A stretch of 64,000 bases of DNA from Dehalococcoidia bacterium (lineage in GTDB: Bacteria > Chloroflexota > Dehalococcoidia > UBA6926): the NCBI GenBank assembly GCA_965224255.1, contig CBDCYO010000001.1, forward strand, positions 12,456 to 76,455, read 5' to 3'. A model generated the notes under the pieces. It searched no databases. It saw only the letters and a program-made list of their open reading frames with translations, and was not told where the DNA came from. This document shows, in pieces, positions 20,732 to 30,013 of this stretch; positions within the stretch are counted from its first letter, which is position 1, and every line of letters begins with the position of its first letter. Position numbers and translations under genes: made by a program.

Positions 20732-21630
20732 GGCGTTTGCACCATCTGTTGGTTGGGTATTGGCTCGGGACCGCAGGATGAAACCCATGCGGACGGGCGT
20801 TGCACGTAAGGTGGCGTAATCAGCAGTTCGAACGTTTTCTTCTTCTGTTGCAAGCTATATTGCAAACCAATATCCGAGATATTGCAGTCGGCGTAGAGCC
20901 CTCTGATTAGTTGGGAGTCATCGTATGAGGCTACCCATTGGACCGATTGCTGTCGCCGCAAGTACCGAGCGAGTTTGCCGTGGTCTTTTGTGTCGTAATC
21001 GTTCAAATACAGGCGACTCCCCTTCGAGACGTAAGGTGGATCCAAATACACGAAGACCTGCTTGCGGCGGTTACCTTTAGGAAGGTGGGTAGTCAAGAAT
21101 CGCAACGCGTCGTCATTGGTAACCTGGATTTGGTCTCGCTGTTCAGCAACTCGGACGATTCGTTCAGCGAGGGCTTGCCGGTTGAAACGCGCATCCATGC
21201 GCCACGTTCCAGTCTGGGAATATCCGCCTATCGGTGCCGAACCGAGCAGGATGCCAGAGCGATTGCACCGGTTCAAATAAAACGTGGCAAATCCGAGATC
21301 GAACGTGCTATGCAGGGTTGGTTGTAGGCAGATTTCTTTTTGCTTTCGCCATTGGTTTACGTTCAATTCAACCGACATGATCGCATCGGCAAATCGTTCA
21401 TGTTCGTTGAGAATAGCCTGCCAGAACGCGTAAATCTTCGGGTCGAGATCGTTCAGCAGTAACTCAGAAACCACGCCCTCGCGCAAAAGCCGAAGGGCTG
21501 CTCCGGCTCCGCCTGCAAACGGTTCGAAGTATCTACATTCCCTGAGACCGTTGGTTTCTATGAAACAACCCAATAGACCGGCCAGCGAACCCTTACCTCC
21601 CGGATAACGTAAAGGGCTATACGTTCTCAT
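20728..21630 (-). CDS. Dam-like (D12 class) N6-adenine DNA methyltransferase
   Basis: N-terminal LRYPGGK, FEPFAGGAG and DPPY motifs diagnostic of the Dam/MethyltransfD12 family. Confidence 0.9.
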   Translation of the reverse strand: MRTYSPLRYPGGKGSLAGLLGCFIETNGLRECRYFEPFAGGAGAALRLLREGVVSELLLNDLDPKIYAFWQAILNEHERFADAIMSVELNVNQWRKQKEICLQPTLHSTFDLGFATFYLNRCNRSGILLGSAPIGGYSQTGTWRMDARFNRQALAERIVRVAEQRDQIQVTNDDALRFLTTHLPKGNRRKQVFVYLDPPYVSKGSRLYLNDYDTKDHGKLARYLRRQQSVQWVASYDDSQLIRGLYADCNISDIGLQYSLQQKKKTFELLITPPYVQRPSAWVSSCGPEPIPNQQMVQTP

Positions 21631-21953
21631 GCCAACTCGACTTTGCCGTACTAATTGCGGTCATTCTAATCGAATTCAATTGGAAACAACAAAGACTGCC
21701 AGGCTCTCGGGAACCTGGTCTGGCCTGTAACGCGGGACACGATTGCGGGCGCTACCTAACAACCTCGAGCTACGACGCTGCCCACCGACGCCACGTAGTT
21801 GCGATTGGAGTCGAACGGCGAGTCCAGATAGATGAGGTAGACCGACGCTGAATTGAGGCCGCACGAGATGCCCAGGTTGTCCCCTGTCCAAATGGTTCGA
21901 TCGGCAGAATTGGTCATGGGAAAATGCCAACTGGACAGTCGAGCGATGGCAGA

Positions 21954-22063
21954 GTTTGAGCACAACTCTGCCACTTTTGTTGGGTCTGCGGTGGCCTCTA
22001 CTCGGAGGCCATCTGGTGACAATGGGTCCTTTTGGCAGAGTTAGTCTGAGTGTATTCTGCCAT
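21954..22063. repeat. hairpin elements H8 (21954-21982) and degenerate H9 (22031-22063) between Dam start and integrase fragment
   Basis: atggcagagtttgagcacaactctgccac; tttggcagagttagtctgagtgtattctgccat. Confidence 0.7.
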
Positions 22064-22602
22064 CATGGAAGTACCACATTACTGGACTGCCGGCCAGGTG
22101 GGCCGTCTGCTGGACGCGCTGGCGGCGCACAATCGGCATCAGGCTCGCACCGCGGTGCTCATCATGTGGCGCACCGGCTTGCGGGTAGGCGAGGTCCTCG
22201 AACTCGAGTGGCGAGACCTCGACTACTGGGGTCGTCCGGAAGTCGAAGAGCCGGCGGGCTCGCACGGTGCGCTTGCATGGCGACCTGGTGCAGCTGTTCG
22301 CGAACTGGCCGTCCAGCCGGTCCCCGCGGGACAAGGTTGTGGGCCTGGCGATGCGGACGACGCTGCGGCACATCGCTGACGGCATCGGGTGGGCGGACTT
22401 GGACGAGGAATCCCCAGGTACTGGGAAGCGGCGCGCTGGTGCCCATTCCCTGCGGCACAGTACTGCCAGGCATTGGCTGATGGTCGGGAAGGTTCCGCTG
22501 AACGTGGTCTCGCAATGGCTTGGCCACGCGAATCTCCAGGTAACGCTCCGGATCTACCTGCCCATCGTGGGCAGCGACTACGGCATGGATGCTGTGCCGT
22601 AG
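22050..22602 (+). pseudogene. tyrosine recombinase (phage-integrase family) catalytic-domain fragment, frameshifted
   Basis: TGLRVGEVLELEWRDLD (first catalytic Arg region) then, in another frame, AHSLRHSTARHWL...LGHANLQVTLRIYLP (HxxR, H, Y). N-terminal DNA-binding domain absent. Confidence 0.7.
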
Positions 22603-22867
22603 AACGCGGATCTTCCCACGGTGCTGGCGGCCGGATGGTATCTCTCCCCCATGAACTGCACGTTGGGCCTAAGAGCCTATCCTAAAAACTCCAGGGAAAT
22701 GGCAGGACCAGTATGCTGAGGTGCGCCGCACGCTGGGCGATTTGGGCTTCACCGCCCACATATTGTAAAGTAGGCGATCTCCGCGACGACCTGCCGGAGC
22801 CGGGACTCCAGCCGTGCTTTCATGCCGTGGAGTTCTCCAATCCGCGCAAACACTGGAGGTGTACGCG

Positions 22868-23422
22868 ATGGCCGTATGGGTAGTGAGACAATCCGAGCCG
22901 AAAGGGGGCGCATGGGACAAAATTGCTTTAGAAAACGGGGTTGTCGTCATCGACTTCGGGCTTGAGACGGATATTTCCAATTTCCGCGACCGACGAGCAA
23001 TGGAAGACTATCTCCGACAAAATGCGCACGCTCTGTACGGTTACAGATCTGGCCCTCCCGGAAGGGTACGACATGCAGTGGGACAAGTATGGCGGTTTTA
23101 CAAGTGCATCGCGCCTGGAGACATAGCGGTCTACCACGTTTGGGAGGACGAAAGACGGGTTCGAGTGGGCGAGTTTCTGGAAGGTGGTGCCTATCAGAAG
23201 GAGTTCCCAAATTACTGCGAAGGTTGGAGATCAGAGAAACCAGATCCCATCATGTTTCAGGTTCGTTCAGTGCAGTGGTTAGCAACGGACATTCCCATGT
23301 CCGCTTTTGTCCCTGATTTGAAATTGGATGCACCTGGCACCGTCTACAAACCGTCATACGTTGACGCCGATGCCCACGTTCGGGAGGTTCTGCAAAAACA
23401 CCGAAACGCCGGATCGCCCTGA
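22868..23422 (+). CDS. hypothetical protein, possible PUA/EVE-like beta-barrel segment
   Basis: GGAGG RBS before ATG 22868. IAPGDIAVYHVWEDERRVRVGEF resembles the EVE/PUA GD..FYHS strand; lower GC. Confidence 0.45.
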   Translation: MAVWVVRQSEPKGGAWDKIALENGVVVIDFGLETDISNFRDRRAMEDYLRQNAHALYGYRSGPPGRVRHAVGQVWRFYKCIAPGDIAVYHVWEDERRVRVGEFLEGGAYQKEFPNYCEGWRSEKPDPIMFQVRSVQWLATDIPMSAFVPDLKLDAPGTVYKPSYVDADAHVREVLQKHRNAGSP

Positions 23423-23447
23423 TGTCGAAAACAAGGACAGGATTATG

Positions 23448-23618
23448 AGTAGGCGCAGACGAAGCCGAAGGAATAAGGAAGAGACGGTGATGATCCAAGG
23501 GACGGAAGTCCCGAAATCGCAAGCAAAAAAAGTCGTTTGGGTTGCGTTGGGCTTCGCGGGCTTCGGCTTCTTGGTCATGTTAGCCTGCACCGCGATGTTG
23601 GTGAGTGCCGCAGATTGA
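23448..23618 (+). CDS. small Arg-rich single-TM protein
   Basis: MSRRRRSRRNKEE... followed by VVWVALGFAGFGFLVMLACTAMLV. Confidence 0.3.
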   Translation, partial: SRRRRSRRNKEETVMIQGTEVPKSQAKKVVWVALGFAGFGFLVMLACTAMLVSAAD

Positions 23619-23645
23619 AAACGAACCGAACAGTACTCCAGTCGA

Positions 23646-23930
23646 GTGTTACTCCGCTTTAAGGTGGTGGCGCTGTCGATGCGGAGTGCGCTGCGTCACA
23701 TTGCCGACGGCATTGAGTGGGCTGGTCTCGATGAGGAATCTCCAGGTACGGGTAAGCGACGTGTACGAGCTCACAGCTTGCGGCACAGCGCGGCTCGGCA
23801 CTGGTTGATGGTTGGGAAGGTCCCACTGAACGTGGTTTCGCAATGGCTGGGCCATTCCTCTGTGCAGATCACCCTGCGAATTTACTTGCCTATCGTGGGG
23901 AGCGACTACGGCATGGAATCTGTTCCGTAA
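23646..23930 (+). pseudogene. second tyrosine-recombinase C-terminal fragment (paralogous to 22330-22602)
   Basis: AHSLRHSAARHWLMVGKVPLNVVSQWLGHSSVQITLRIYLPIVGSDYGMESVP is about 85% identical to the first fragment. Confidence 0.65.
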
Positions 23931-23987
23931 AAGTTTCTGGTTATACCTGCAGTGCGCCCGTCGCCGACGGGTGAGAACTTGATGAAA

Positions 23988-24014
23988 AACGGCCGTTATT
24001 CGGCCGTTTTTTCT
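23988..24014 (+). terminator. intrinsic terminator
   Basis: aaaaacggccgttattcggccgttttttctt: 8-bp GC stem, 5-nt loop, T-run. Confidence 0.7.
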
Positions 24015-24180
24015 TGTATCAGCGTGCTGGCAAAATCGGATATTTTCCAGCCGTAAATTGCCGGTTTCGTTCGGGAATCGACGCCAAAACGGGATTTAAA
24101 CTGGTGTCTCATTAAGGGTTAACCCGGGAAGATTGCGGAAACGGCCACGGAGATGACGTTAGCATATCGGCGAGAGCGTA

Positions 24181-24519
24181 ATGCTCCGGCGGAGAGACAT
24201 GGTCGAAAGGTCCGAAATAAGTACGTGTAAGACGCCCGTTGAGCTGGTTGACGCTGCAGCGTTCGTCACCGAATGGTGGGAGAACGCGGAGGGTCGCCGG
24301 CTCTTTGGTGAGAAGGGTGGATACACCGTTTTCGCCGTCGAGTTCCGGGATGGCTGTCGATTCTTCGATTACACCCAGGGAGGCGTGTTTGAGCGCGTTT
24401 CGGAATTGGGGTTTGGGCCGGTCGAGGTCTGGCGCAACAATTTCTTATCGGAACACGGTCGTGTGATGGCCTACGTGGTTCGGTGCGTGGCCGCGGACCT
24501 CGCCGTGACTGATGCGTTA
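24181..24519 (+). pseudogene. hypothetical gene disrupted by IS5-family insertion (3' part continues in frame at ~25384-25573)
   Basis: Removing the IS plus one TTA copy joins ...VTDAL to ELVTRLVVAPPGG... in frame. Confidence 0.5.
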
Positions 24520-25380
24520 GAACCTGTCTACGATCTCTGAAATAGGTTAAGCTGAGACTATTATCAGGGGAGGGGTAATCATGTCTCATTCCTATTCCAG
24601 CGACATCAGCCGGGAGCAATTCGTCCGGATTCTGCCGACGTTGGAGTCGGCCCGACGCCGGACCAAGCCCCGCACCGTGGACTTGTATGACGTTTTCTGC
24701 GGCGTGCTGTACCTCTTGAAAAGCGGGTGCCAGTGGCGAATGCTGCCCGCGGACTTCCCCAATTGGCGTACTTGCTACCAGTATTTCCGGCAATGGAGCG
24801 AGCGGCCTGGCCCGGGTCAGGATTCCATTCTGGAGCAAGTCCTAAAAAAAATCGGTTGGCGCGGCCCGACAAAGCAATGGACGGAAAGAGCAGACCAGCT
24901 TCTGTATCGTGGACTCCCAGAGCGTCAAGAACACGGACACCGCTGGGCACAAGGGCTATGACGCAGGCAAGAAGGTGTCGGGAATCAAGCGTCATATCGC
25001 GGTGGACACGCAAGGATTGCCCCATGCGATACACGTGACTACCGCCGACGTCACCGACCGGGCCGGGGCTTTGGCGATGTTTGACCGGCGCCGAGACGGC
25101 CTCAGTCAAGTGCAGAACGTGCTGGTGGACGGGGGTTACACCGGAAAGCCCTTTGCCACTGCGGTGCAAGGCCTGTTGGGAGCCTCGGTGGAAGTGGTGA
25201 AACGCAACGAACTGCACACCTTCGTGGTGCTGCCAAAGCGATGGGTGGTGGAGCGGTCTTTCGCCTGGCTGGAAAAGTGCCGCCGACTCTGGAAGAACTG
25301 CGAAAGGAAGCTCAATACCAGCCTGCAAATGGTGGTGCTTGCCTTCACGGTGCTAATCCTAAAAAGATTGTAGACAGGTT
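24520..25380 (+). mobile_element. IS5-family (IS427-group-like) insertion sequence with TTA target duplication
   Basis: Terminal IRs GAACCTGTCTAC / GTAGACAGGTTC flanked by tta on both sides; about 860 bp. Confidence 0.85.
24581..25373 (+). CDS. IS5-family transposase, OrfA-OrfB joined by programmed frameshift
   Basis: OrfA MSHSYSSDISREQF...CQWRMLP; OrfB ...GIKRHIAVDTQGLPH...VLVDGGY...WVVERSFAWL; A8 slippery run at about 24843. Confidence 0.8.
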
Positions 25381-25622
25381 CTTAGAGCTGGTGACCCGGC
25401 TGGTGGTGGCCCCGCCTGGGGGGATGCTGCCGCTGGGGAGAGGGGTGCTGGAGCACCCGGAGTGCTTCCTCGGTGAGCACGCGCTGGAGCCGGTGACGAT
25501 GAGCTTTGGGGAGTGGGTGAAGACCCGCGAGACGGCCGAGACCAAGGGATCGGTAAGTTCACTCATCCCTTAACGGGTACATACAAGGTAGGGCCTGGCG
25601 CACCATAACCCGGAGGAAATCC

Positions 25623-25949
25623 ATGAAGAGCCCGGAGGAACGTCGAGCGGAAGACCGCCGCCGTCGCACCGAGCGACAGAGGGAAAGACGTAGTCAGGAC
25701 AGGATCTGCGGGTATTGCAGGGAACCCGCCACCGCAGGCCTCATCGAGTGGTTCGGGCGCGGCACACGGTCTCTGCTCATTCCCATCTGCCGCAGTTGCC
25801 TGGCCAGGCTGGGGGCCCGCTGTCGGGATATGGATGAGGTCGGCCCCTGGTGCCACCTCGATGAGCAGAGACCGTGTGCCGATTGCTCAGTGGCGAGCCC
25901 GGCTGAGAAATCAGAACGGAGCTTTCTCCGTCGGCTATTCTCAGGATGA
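25623..25949 (+). CDS. Arg-rich, Cys-rich small protein (putative zinc ribbon)
   Basis: GGAGG RBS; eleven Cys including CGYC and CRSC pairs. Confidence 0.45.
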   Translation: MKSPEERRAEDRRRRTERQRERRSQDRICGYCREPATAGLIEWFGRGTRSLLIPICRSCLARLGARCRDMDEVGPWCHLDEQRPCADCSVASPAEKSERSFLRRLFSG

Positions 25950-26034
25950 CTATTTTGCAAAAACCGCCGAAAGGGGGAAGTTCTGTACAAGGTGCTGGGC
26001 AATCTGAAAAGGAGACGACTTGCAGGAGGTAGTT

Positions 26035-26946
26035 ATGGACGAGGATCTGAAAAATTTGACAAAGCTCCCGTGGGCGTCAATTCCGGAGTTGGCCGGCTTC
26101 CGCTATATAAACCGGACCACCGTGTCCCGCAAAGAGGAGGAGTGGAACCAGGATGGACTGGTCGTTGTCAAACACGGTGGCTTTTTGGTGCGGCCGCGGG
26201 CCAGGTTGTTGAGCACCACGGGAGGGCTGATCCAGGTTTTTCCTCAGCAGCATGATCACCTGGGACCCGATCATGACTATCACGAGCATGACCCCTTCCA
26301 CCCGGAATGGGAAGACCATGAACATCCCGGTTTTTTCAACGGTTATAACGGAGCTCTCGACCTCTGGGAGAAGTTGGAGCGGATCGAGATGTGGTACCCC
26401 GCGGCCCCGGAGGTGCTGCTGGGCGAGGGCGCTGCCTGGACCCACGACGGCAAAGCCCGGAAGATCTTGTCCTGGCGGTGGCTGCGGAACACCAGGTTCG
26501 TAGAGGCAGTCGCGACCTACGAGGACGACTATCGGATCTTCTTCGGCCACATCGGCCGGTCGGTTACAGAGAGGATGCTGGAGTACCGGTGGACAAACCG
26601 CTTTCCCGACGTTCACGACGGCCGGCTCCACACGCTGGTCATGCGGTCCAGCGGCGAACGGGAGGAACGCCTGCGAAACGAGCTGGCCGACCCGCCGGAC
26701 CCTGACTTGGACTACAACCCCAAGCCTTCGGCCTACGTCATTTCCACGCCCGATATCCGCGGGGTCGAGCTGGCCTGTAGGATCCTGCCCAGAGACGCGG
26801 GATATCTCTACCTCGTGGGACCGCCGCCCGGTCAACGCTTCTACCTGGGCCGGGCGGAGCCCGCCCCTCATGACGACGTCGCCGACGCATTCGAAACCCT
26901 CAATTTCGGAGACCGGCTGCCGCAGGACCTGTGCCCTGCAGAATAA
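26035..26946 (+). CDS. hypothetical protein
   Basis: CAGGAGG RBS 6 nt before ATG 26035; long protein-like ORF (track 26020-26946). Confidence 0.55.
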   Translation: MDEDLKNLTKLPWASIPELAGFRYINRTTVSRKEEEWNQDGLVVVKHGGFLVRPRARLLSTTGGLIQVFPQQHDHLGPDHDYHEHDPFHPEWEDHEHPGFFNGYNGALDLWEKLERIEMWYPAAPEVLLGEGAAWTHDGKARKILSWRWLRNTRFVEAVATYEDDYRIFFGHIGRSVTERMLEYRWTNRFPDVHDGRLHTLVMRSSGEREERLRNELADPPDPDLDYNPKPSAYVISTPDIRGVELACRILPRDAGYLYLVGPPPGQRFYLGRAEPAPHDDVADAFETLNFGDRLPQDLCPAE

Positions 26947-26969
26947 CGACTGACGAGAAGGAGGATGGC

Positions 26970-28259
26970 ATGGTGATCAGGGGACGTGGCGCGTTCCGTC
27001 CGGAGCTGCCGGCAGAGATGAAAAGGCTCGAGCGGCTCAACGGGGTGTTGCCCTACAAGGTCTTTGAAAATATCGAGCACTATTCGGGCCTGAGCGACCC
27101 GCAGTTGGCGGACCTGCTGGACGTGAGGCCCAGCAGGCTCGCCGATGCTCTGGCTCAGCTCAACCAGGGAGAGGACGAGGAGAAGATCGCAGCCGCGGTG
27201 GCCTGGTTCAACGAGGCCACGGGGGAGGATGAAAATGCTGATAGGAACACCATCGGAGATCTGCTGAGAGAGGCCAACCGTGGCGAACTATTGGTGCGGA
27301 TACCCGTGTACACCGGACCGGAGGGCGAACTGACTTCCAATGTGGCCCTGGTACCCCTGCTCGAAGACGGGACCTTGCCAGCACCCCGGTTTCACATGAA
27401 TTACGTTTCCGTGGAAGGGACCATCATCATCCAGCACAGGGATGCGACCTCCCTCGCCGCCATACGCCGCAGGGCATATGAGGATGTCCGCAAGGACCAC
27501 AATGGATACGCGCCTCAGCTGACCCACACCCACCAGCAGAACGGATGCCTCGTGGCGATGTCACTGCACGAATACCCCGTTTCTGCCGGGTACCGGGGTG
27601 CTCTGTATCTGCCGGGCGGGCAGCAGCTCGTGCCGGACGCCCGGCTGACAGCCCACGTCTACCAAAGCGATCTCCCCACGGAGTTCATGCGCGGGGGCCA
27701 TTGGATCCGGTGGGGCGAACAAGGCAGGGCAGAGCGGGAGGAGATCCGGCGGCAGCTGGAACGGTACGTACCCGAGGCACGCCGGCTCGGCGGCCTGTCC
27801 GTTGCCTGCCTGTGCGAGAACGAGGCAGTGATCGAGGTGGTCAGGGATGAAGCTGCGAACATCGCCCGGGACTACGACGTGGCGCTCCATGCCCTAGCGG
27901 TACTGAAGGACACCGTCACCGTGGGTGATGCGGCTCCGGGTAGGCCGGACTTTATCCGTCCGATCTACGTGGTCAAGCAGTGGTATGTCGAATACGAACG
28001 CTCGGCAACCACTCCCGTCGCCATCCGGAACAAGCTGATGCCCTATTTCCGTGCGGTGCGTCGCGGCTACGACTGCCCTGTGATCGTTATCTGCGAGACC
28101 CAGAGAGCTGCACAGATCTTCCGGCAGCAACACGGGAACCTGCAGCGGGAGCTGGGTGTTTCGTTCCTGCTCATCACGTCCACCTACGCCCAGGTGACGG
28201 CCGGGGACCAGTTTGATACCTGCTGGGACCTAGACGGACATCCCATCAGGTTGATTTAA
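26970..28259 (+). CDS. hypothetical protein, translationally coupled to 26035-26946
   Basis: GAGAAGGAGGA RBS overlapping upstream stop; ATG 26970 in frame with ORF 26931-28259. Confidence 0.55.
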   Translation: MVIRGRGAFRPELPAEMKRLERLNGVLPYKVFENIEHYSGLSDPQLADLLDVRPSRLADALAQLNQGEDEEKIAAAVAWFNEATGEDENADRNTIGDLLREANRGELLVRIPVYTGPEGELTSNVALVPLLEDGTLPAPRFHMNYVSVEGTIIIQHRDATSLAAIRRRAYEDVRKDHNGYAPQLTHTHQQNGCLVAMSLHEYPVSAGYRGALYLPGGQQLVPDARLTAHVYQSDLPTEFMRGGHWIRWGEQGRAEREEIRRQLERYVPEARRLGGLSVACLCENEAVIEVVRDEAANIARDYDVALHALAVLKDTVTVGDAAPGRPDFIRPIYVVKQWYVEYERSATTPVAIRNKLMPYFRAVRRGYDCPVIVICETQRAAQIFRQQHGNLQRELGVSFLLITSTYAQVTAGDQFDTCWDLDGHPIRLI

Positions 28260-28579
28260 CCACCTGGAAACTCGCGTGCATCCCAAGCACTCATTTTGTC
28301 CCCCTGGGGGGTAGTTTCAGGGTCTGAGACCCCACCCCGTGAGGGCATGCACGGCAATTTCCAAGTTTGCGAGCCCCTTGATCAGCGGAAATTCGCGTGC
28401 GGGGCGGCCATCCCTCGCCTGAACGCCACGCGGTGGGGAGGCTAATATAGGGATCACGAGTTTTCGTGGCTGAATACGGGGGGCTAGCGTGCATTTCCCG
28501 TGCGACCGGTTTCGCGCCGCATTCCAGCCTCCGGGGCCGGGCTATGGGCCGTGTCCTGCAGCGGGTTGAGGTCACCGGT

Positions 28580-29043
28580 TGGGGAACATGCCGAGGCTTG
28601 TCAATGAGTGTGAGGACACCTTGGCAGTCACCGTAGACGGCCAGGGGAATGCCGAATAGTCGGATGAATCCCTCCATCAGCAGAAGGTAGCCCCGAGTGT
28701 CCTCCTCGGGTCTGAAGAGAGCATTGGCCACGTTGCCGGTGGCGTTGTCCCGCGACAACCATAATTGCCGATTCCTGTTGCCTCATTCAGGAATGTTACC
28801 GAAACTTTAGCACTTGGGGTCCGCCCCAACCAGCGCTAATTCCGGCATTGCAGGGAGTTCCGCCATGGGCTCACCAGCGGCGGCGTAGACTAGCTCTTTG
28901 CTCATGATGCCGCGCCACTGCCGCACTCTGCGCTGCAGCGTGCGCAGGTGAGCCCGGTTGAAACGATCTGGTTCAGCCTCTTGCAATCGGCCCAGCAATA
29001 CCACCGCACTGGCGTCCGGGTCTTCCTGCAACCAGCCCAGCAC
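28580..29043 (-). pseudogene. possible IS remnant: a C-terminal-like fragment (28807-29043) and an N-terminal-like fragment (28580-28758) either side of terminal piece Z (~28785-28830)
   Basis: ...LQRRVRQWRG tail-like fragment; MSRDNATGNVANALFRPEEDTRGYLLLMEGFIRLF fragment. Family not assignable. Confidence 0.25.
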
Positions 29044-29652
29044 GTCGCACCATACTCCTTCGAAAGGGTCTGGCCGAGTTCGCCAGGTGCGGGGATTCCT
29101 GGCGGAGCCTCAGGTACACGGCTTTGCGCCTCTACTTGAAGAATCACCGCCGTCCGGATTAGTTCCGCATGGTCGGCACCAAGTGAACCGATGGGCGCTC
29201 AAAACCGCCCGAGTTTTCCCGGCGGCAATAACCTGCCGAACCTTCGCCTCGACGTCACGATGGTTTTGCGATCGACCGCGGTTTCGTCGAGTGCTGGGCC
29301 CCCGATGCCACAGACGCGTTTCAGGTCGGCTCTTTCAGCGAGATTGCGCGCAACCGCATGGTGCGAATATCGAACAAGCAAATAAGAACAGCCATCACAT
29401 GGACAGGATCCGAATGTTTCATCCGAGCTCCGACCTGCGAGGCTGACCTACGCTGGTAAGGAGTTCATCGACAACCTCAACAACCCCTCGGTCAAGGCCG
29501 TGGCCGTGGCAGCTGTCAAACAATGAGGGCTGTCGGTGATAATGCAAATGGTGACGGAAGCGGCCAAGCAATTAATCCCGACGGAACAATCCGCCGCCAG
29601 GTCTTACGTCGCAGTCGGCTCAGCAGAATAGTCCAGGTCCTGATTGTCTACC

Positions 29653-29684
29653 AGTCAATGAGATGGGTGTTCAATGAGATGGGT
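29653..29684. repeat. perfect 16-bp tandem duplication
   Basis: caatgagatgggtgtt caatgagatgggtgtt. Confidence 0.8.
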
Positions 29685-29971
29685 GTTCCGCGTAAGCATC
29701 CCTGACGATCCAGCTTGGCCGCGCTGGCCGCCAGCAGCTGCTCTCAAAAGCAACCGTTTTGCTGAAGCAATACGTGGCGGTCGCCAGATCATGCCGGTCA
29801 GCCTGAGCCTGATTGGTAAAATCGGCGTCAATTAACTCCTGCTGCTTTCTCGCACGGACGTGTCCGCGATGATGACTCTGCTGCCCGGTGGGTCAATTCC
29901 ATATCGGTGCTGCCGCACATGACAACGTCGGCAGTCACACAGGGTGATCGTAATAATACATTGCGTAAATA

Positions 29972-30003
29972 GTATGCCTTGCGCCGATGCACAACTGAGG
30001 CGA
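29972..30003 (+). promoter_or_regulatory. candidate promoter of the AbiEi-like gene (TTGCGC-17 bp-GATAAT), predicting a near-leaderless transcript
   Basis: -10 GATAAT ends about 10 nt before ATG 30014; AT-rich island in GC-rich context. Confidence 0.3.
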
Positions 30004-30013
30004 TAATAGCATT

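Noticed and set aside
10961-22063. Hairpin elements as integron attC sites next to the integrase fragments
   Set aside because: No GTTRRRY core or inverse core. Elements are only ~29 bp with symmetric stems. The tyrosine recombinase fragments lack IntI-specific features that I can recognise.
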